DNA of 24,726 nt from Ramazzottius varieornatus (taxonomy: Eukaryota > Animalia > Tardigrada): the NCBI GenBank assembly GCA_001949185.1, contig BDGG01000020.1:351630-376355 (forward strand). Reading direction: 5' to 3'. Position numbers and translations under genes: made by a program. Shown one piece after another: positions 20,190 through 24,726 of the stretch. The notes beneath the pieces are model-generated. The model was not told the origin of the DNA. It searched no databases and saw only the letters and a program-made list of their open reading frames with translations. The first letter of the stretch is position 1; each line of letters begins with the position of its first letter.

Positions 20190-20772
20190 GACTGCCGTTA
20201 TCAAAAACGTGGTTACTACAGCAGAACTGGGATGCCCAATCAATCTACACCACTTGAGCACGTGTGATATAATGGCGCACTATGTCCCTGAAAAGTTTTC
20301 CGGCCTCCTCATACGGAAACTAAAACCGTTTAAATGCCACTGCCAAGTGTACCGCAATGGAAAGATAACGGTCAACGGAGCTCGGTCGACGAAGCAGGCT
20401 AAAATACACGCAAATATGTTTCGCAATTTAATCAAGAAGCAGGGCTACCAAAACGCTAAAGTGAGAAATTTCAAGGTGGTGAATATTGTGGCTAGCTTCG
20501 ATCCGGGATCTCCGGTTCAGCTGAAAACCTTGCGAGACTATTTCGATCAAGTGACGTTCGAACCAGAAAGATTTCCCGGAGCTTCTTCGTTCAGGCTACC
20601 GAAGACAGACACAACATGTGTCATGTTTCGTTCAGGAAAATGCAATTTTCTGGGTGCCACAACTGAGTTAGACATAAAAGCGGCAGCATTGGAGGTTATG
20701 TTGACTCTTTCGTCCGTTGATTCAGCTCCTACCAACAAGGGAAACGACGATACGGCAGATACCCTTGCATGA
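20188..20772 (+). CDS. TBP: TATA-box-binding protein (TBP)-like, 194 aa, intronless, uninterrupted
   Basis: Two TBP repeats: IKNVVTTAELGCPINL...YVPEKFSGLLIR...VYRNGKITVNGARS and FKVVNIVASFD...FEPERFPG...VMFRSGKCNFLGA. No N-terminal extension. Confidence 0.92.
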   Translation: MTAVIKNVVTTAELGCPINLHHLSTCDIMAHYVPEKFSGLLIRKLKPFKCHCQVYRNGKITVNGARSTKQAKIHANMFRNLIKKQGYQNAKVRNFKVVNIVASFDPGSPVQLKTLRDYFDQVTFEPERFPGASSFRLPKTDTTCVMFRSGKCNFLGATTELDIKAAALEVMLTLSSVDSAPTNKGNDDTADTLA

Positions 20773-20986
20773 AGTCCGTGTCAAAGACATCGCTGAAGCT
20801 AGCGCTGCTGGAGCTGCTTCGGTCCGACGATGCTTGGTTGGTGCTGCCGTTGCTGCCCAGAAGGATTTCACCTTCGTTATCCGCGGCATAACCGTCAAGG
20901 TGGTATGGTAGCATGGTCGCGTCCAAGGGGTCGGGATTGGCCTGGACTGGGGACAGCAGACCGAACTCTCCATCATCATCCGCCAT
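20729..20986 (-). CDS. Small acidic/Ser-rich hypothetical protein, convergent with TBP
   Basis: ATG-initiated 85-aa ORF with biased composition; no recognisable motif. Confidence 0.25.
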   Translation of the reverse strand: MADDDGEFGLLSPVQANPDPLDATMLPYHLDGYAADNEGEILLGSNGSTNQASSDRSSSSSASFSDVFDTDFMQGYLPYRRFPCW

Positions 20987-21247
20987 GGGTCAGAAGTCTA
21001 GATGGAAAAACAACAGCGTTCAGCCAAAATGCACACAGAAGAAAATTCGCACTTTACAGATGCAAAACGCACCTCACACGCTTCTCGCCAGCCCTTCAAG
21101 CGGATCTCCTCCGATACATCGCCTTCTTCACCTGTAAAGACAGATAGGCCTACAGAGTAAGAAGTCACTCTGCAAAACCGACTTTTCACCTCTGACGATA
21201 GTGACGTCATCCAGTGCCGGAGTAAAAAGTAGATTATGGAATTTGTT

Positions 21248-21299
21248 GCCTCCCGTCCACATATTACTCTACCGCCTCCCGTCCACATATTACCGTACC
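21248..21299. repeat. 26-nt tandem duplication
   Basis: gcctcccgtccacatattactctacc / gcctcccgtccacatattaccgtacc. Confidence 0.85.
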
Positions 21300-21751
21300 T
21301 GCGGTGTCCGGGTACACGCGCCAGAAATTTTCTCCCCGGTATCGAATGCTGCGAGCCTCAAAGCTAGTACGGAAGTCACGCATCCAACGACGGACAGAGA
21401 AGCCACACCCTTGTTGCGCGATGGTCAAGCACAAAGATCGTAGGGCCCTAGTGACGATGCAGAATCCCGAACTCTCTTCTGGCGGAACGACAGTAACCAC
21501 ATGGCAGAATAAGAACGAGTGCACACGGTGTTGGGATAGTACAGATAGTGACGGAGACAAAACTGACCGGTCTTCTCAAACATCCAAGCGGGATAACACT
21601 AGATACAAAAACCCTGCCGCTCAGAACGGTGACTCTCACAACCCACCATTTCGTCCTCACTGTCCGACATCTTGCTGACTAACCACTTGTCCACCTCGCT
21701 CCAGCGGTCTTATGTAGGCCGCTGTGCATAAAGACACGGTCGTGCATCAAA

Positions 21752-21850
21752 TTCCAAACATCTGATAGCCATCTGCATGCTGATATCCAAACTCTTGAAA
21801 AGCATCTGCACGGTAAAATCCAACCTCGTGGTAAATATCTGCACGGAAAG
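21752..21850. repeat. Imperfect 33-nt tandem repeat x3
   Basis: Units at 21752, 21785 and 21818 share tccaa...atctgca. Confidence 0.7.
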
Positions 21851-22301
21851 AAAAACACCCTCCTGATAACCATCAAAACATTAAGCATGTGCTTTTTATC
21901 CGGCTCATTAACTCATGGACGCTTCCTATCCGGCCATTGTCCGAAAAATGCTCGTGATCCTGGGACTGGGCACCCCATTATTCTTTGCCACCAAGAAAGA
22001 TATCCATCTGGTGACCTGCACGATCGAATTAGTTCTGTATTTCGAAGGTTCCTCTCCTTGCTGTGAAAACTGCGCCTATACGCTTGTGCTGAGAGTATCT
22101 ACACCTTTCTATCTAAAATCCGAATGCTGCCTGAGAAAGATAGCCATGGACAACCTTTTCCCGTACCCTATGATGTCATTTGTTTCCGGTGAAATATGAA
22201 AAAAAAACGGAAAGTTGAATAACGATGTATGTCCCAATATCTGTGGTTTTGATACAATGACGTAGACCCGACTTAGAAAGTAATGGCATGTCAGACCATT
22301 A

Positions 22302-22455
22302 CCAGCGTAAGAAGTCGGCTTGAGAGGTGTACNNNNNNNNNNNNNNNNNNNNNNNNNNNNNNNNNNNNNNNNNNNNNNNNNNGTCCATGCAGAGCCACGC
22401 CCTATACCATTGCTGGAGTAAAAAGTACACCTCTCAAGTCGACTTCTTACGCTGG
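22302..22455. repeat. 31-nt inverted repeat (30/31) flanking the assembly gap; probable transposon TIR copies
   Basis: ccagcgtaagaagtcggcttgagaggtgtac (22302-22332) vs gtacacctctcaagtcgacttcttacgctgg (22425-22455). Confidence 0.8.
22333..22382. other. Assembly gap (50 N)
   Basis: Run of n. Confidence 1.
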
Positions 22456-22875
22456 CTATGGCCTCTTTGTCCGGAAATGGCGCCGCATAGGACCACAGCC
22501 GTTATTTTCCTCCTGCCAAACATGTACGAGGGAAAGGTTGTTGAGTTAGCCGGCCTATGTCGAGGTTGTTCAGTTAGCCACATATTTTCGCCTCTTATCT
22601 GTGACTAATATCCCAATTATTTCGGATGGATCGATAGAGAAAATGAGGGGCTGCCGGATAATACTATGTGTAACCAAAGATGGGTTCTGGAAGACTCTAC
22701 GGATCTTCATATTTTAGAACGCTTGAATCGCATGTTGCAGAGCCTGGACCGGAAATGAACTCGAGGCCACTAGAGGCGCTCGCAGCGTAAATCTAGTTGA
22801 CGACGTGACTTGATTTTATACGACAGGGCCAAATTCCTTTTGCTGCACTTTTTGTATTTTCACCGTAAGTCAAAA

Positions 22876-24131
22876 ATGACATCTCCCAAGCAGAAGACTG
22901 CAACAGAAGCTCATGCTCAACTTACATTGGAGGCAGCATCTTATGCCGTGGATAAACTGGGATGAATTGAGCGGAAATCATCAATACTGTACGGAGTCAA
23001 TCGACGGACGCTGATTAATCGGCTGAACATCTTGGGCCTCACGGAAAGCAGCCGAAAATACCTCCTCAAGAAGAAGCTCTTGCTGAATTTTCGCTGGCTT
23101 GTTCTGACACGGGAATTCCGCTAAATCGACAGCACTGCGCGGCAGCAATCGTGGAGATGAATAACCGACTTGGTGCGTGGAATTGTTTATTCTCGTAATT
23201 TGTCTTCCGATCTTGCTTACGTCGATCGTATTTTAATCTCAACATGTTTTAGGCCTAAAGCACACAGCCTTCAACGATCAACATGTCCGTCGATTTCTGC
23301 AGCGACATCCCACGTTGTCCATACGAGTAACCCACGCAAATAACCGAAAGAAAGACCGCGAATGGACACATGAATTAGCGGACAAATACATCAGCAAGCT
23401 GACGGAGCTACTTTTCCACCGAGGCTTCCTCGACGAACCAGAACAAGTGTGGAATCTGAACGAGTCAGCCTTCAATCCTGCAGAAATGTTCGACAGGGTG
23501 GTAGGACGAAAAGAAATGCGTCAAATTTATTCCCAATTTGATGGAACGGAGAAAGAACTGGTGACTATATTACCATGTGGTGACGCCGCTGGACTTCAAC
23601 TTCCGTTCATGACACTCTTTTCGGGTAAACGACACGTTCGTTCACGACCAGATGGTACAAGTGGACACTGCTATCAAGGAGTGAATGATTCCGGAAGCAT
23701 GGATCACTTTGCCAATTACCTTAAGTTGATAGTATTTCCGGCAATGACTAAAATGAAGGTTAGCCACAGTGTACTCAATACGTTACGCACTACCTCACTT
23801 CACAGTGAGCGATTTTTTCTGTTGTAGAATTCACTGATTCCTGTACTATGATGTCATCTGTGTCTTATTATAGAATGTGATATTCGTGGATGGACACTTC
23901 TCTCAGGTCAACAATTTCACTTTTATGAAATACATCAAGGAGGAAGTTCAGGAAACATCAAGCATTTTGCATAAAGTTGGAAAACGCGTAGCGGTCAGAA
24001 AAGTCAACTTGGCGAAGCGAAAAGCATCATCGAGCCACGAGCCACGAGCCACGAGCCACGAGCCAGAAGACATTGCCCAAGAAGTTCCACCAAGACGGAC
24101 ACGTGTTGCAAAGAAACAAAAGATAGCTTGA
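22876..24131 (+). pseudogene. pogo/Tigger-like transposase (HTH_psq, CENP-B HTH, DDE_1), degenerate, with 2 introns (23173-23252, 23759-23873)
   Basis: YGVNRRTLINR; EEALAEF...GIPL; VRRFLQRHPTLSIR; VWNLNES (D changed to N); VTILPCGDAAG..LP; SGSM; IFVDGH. The C-terminal catalytic part is missing. Confidence 0.85.
24031..24065. repeat. (CGAGCCA)5 microsatellite
   Basis: Five perfect copies. Confidence 0.9.
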
Positions 24132-24726
24132 GGGATAATCGACCCTATGATCTGAAGCGGGTTCCGCTGTTTTACCTCTTAATCAGTATTCTGACCTCGA
24201 TATTATTTGTTTTATTGAATAACCACTGAGAAGATTTCAGGGAAGTGTGATGAGCTGGTTATGCGATGGATAGTTTAGTCGCGAAGATGTCGAAATCTAC
24301 GTTCTGTGTATTTGACGGTATGGTGTCCACTACACCGCAGTTTGAAAAAGCGCTATTACTTATACCACGACTCAAGGCTATAGCACTGCCTGTGCTCCAC
24401 CACATACCGCAAGGGTGGCTAACTAAACAACCTTTCTCTCGTACTCTTACTACTAGTGAGCAAGGAATTGAACCTGACTGAGAAAAAATCAGTAGTCTCG
24501 AAAATGCGCGAACCTATTACAGGTACTACCCTCAGGTTATTTCTGTTCTGTTTCACTCTTTATCAAACATTTATTCCAAATCTCTCCCGTCTAAGCAACC
24601 TTTGAATTGTATTAGAACTGAAAGCCCAACCCTCTGACTGGGGAACGTCAGAAGATCTTGCGCTTCCAGCTTAGTGAACTACCTGGCTGCTACGCCTATA
24701 GCACTTCACTTGGACCCTGTGCAGAG

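Larger units (their letters stand above)
4297..21670. mobile_element. Polinton/Maverick (adintovirus-like endogenous virus), degenerate and intron-containing; boundaries approximate
   Basis: Co-located pPolB, rve-type integrase, packaging ATPase, adenain protease, and major and minor capsid genes. TIRs/TSD not identified, so ends are set by the outermost candidate ORFs. Confidence 0.93.

Noticed and set aside
20116-20261. Extended N-termini given by the ORF track for TBP (20116) and ATPase (20261)
   Set aside because: They rely on non-ATG starts and simply read the antisense of the other gene; homology begins at the CATG.
20188-20772. TBP as the host's canonical TBP gene
   Set aside because: Too divergent from the nearly invariant eukaryotic core, intronless, without N-terminal extension, and overlapping a viral gene.
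21202-21209. CRE palindrome TGACGTCA
   Set aside because: Single 8-mer with no supporting promoter context.
24449-24496. ACTACT/AGTAGT as a Polinton terminus
   Set aside because: No matching inverted repeat or target duplication found on the left side; the hexamers are expected by chance.

Overview
Eukaryotic (probably invertebrate, short-intron) genomic DNA dominated by a decayed ~17 kb Polinton/Maverick (adintovirus-like) element at ~4.3-21.7 kb. It carries the core set: protein-primed family B DNA polymerase (+), and on the - strand an adenain-type protease, double-jelly-roll major capsid, minor capsid/penton, retroviral-type integrase, small core-like ORFs and an A32/FtsK-type packaging ATPase. 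Unusually, the element's genes are interrupted by at least 11 (probably ~14) mostly short GT-AG spliceosomal introns, including 5 in pPolB and 1 in the major capsid gene; removing them rebuilds conserved motifs in frame. It also carries three accessory genes: an uninterrupted TATA-binding protein (TBP) homolog whose start codon overlaps the ATPase start codon, a tandem-PC4-domain protein behind a textbook TATA+Inr promoter, and a spliced BIR+RING inhibitor-of-apoptosis gene that the ORF track only shows in fragments. Flanks contain a Tc1 (DD34E) transposon with TIRs and TA duplication, a Tc1-type MITE, a pogo/Tigger-like transposase pseudogene, a 50-N gap and a fragment of an unknown host gene. 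All family calls come from motif recognition by eye; no database search was run, and Polinton TIRs were not found.
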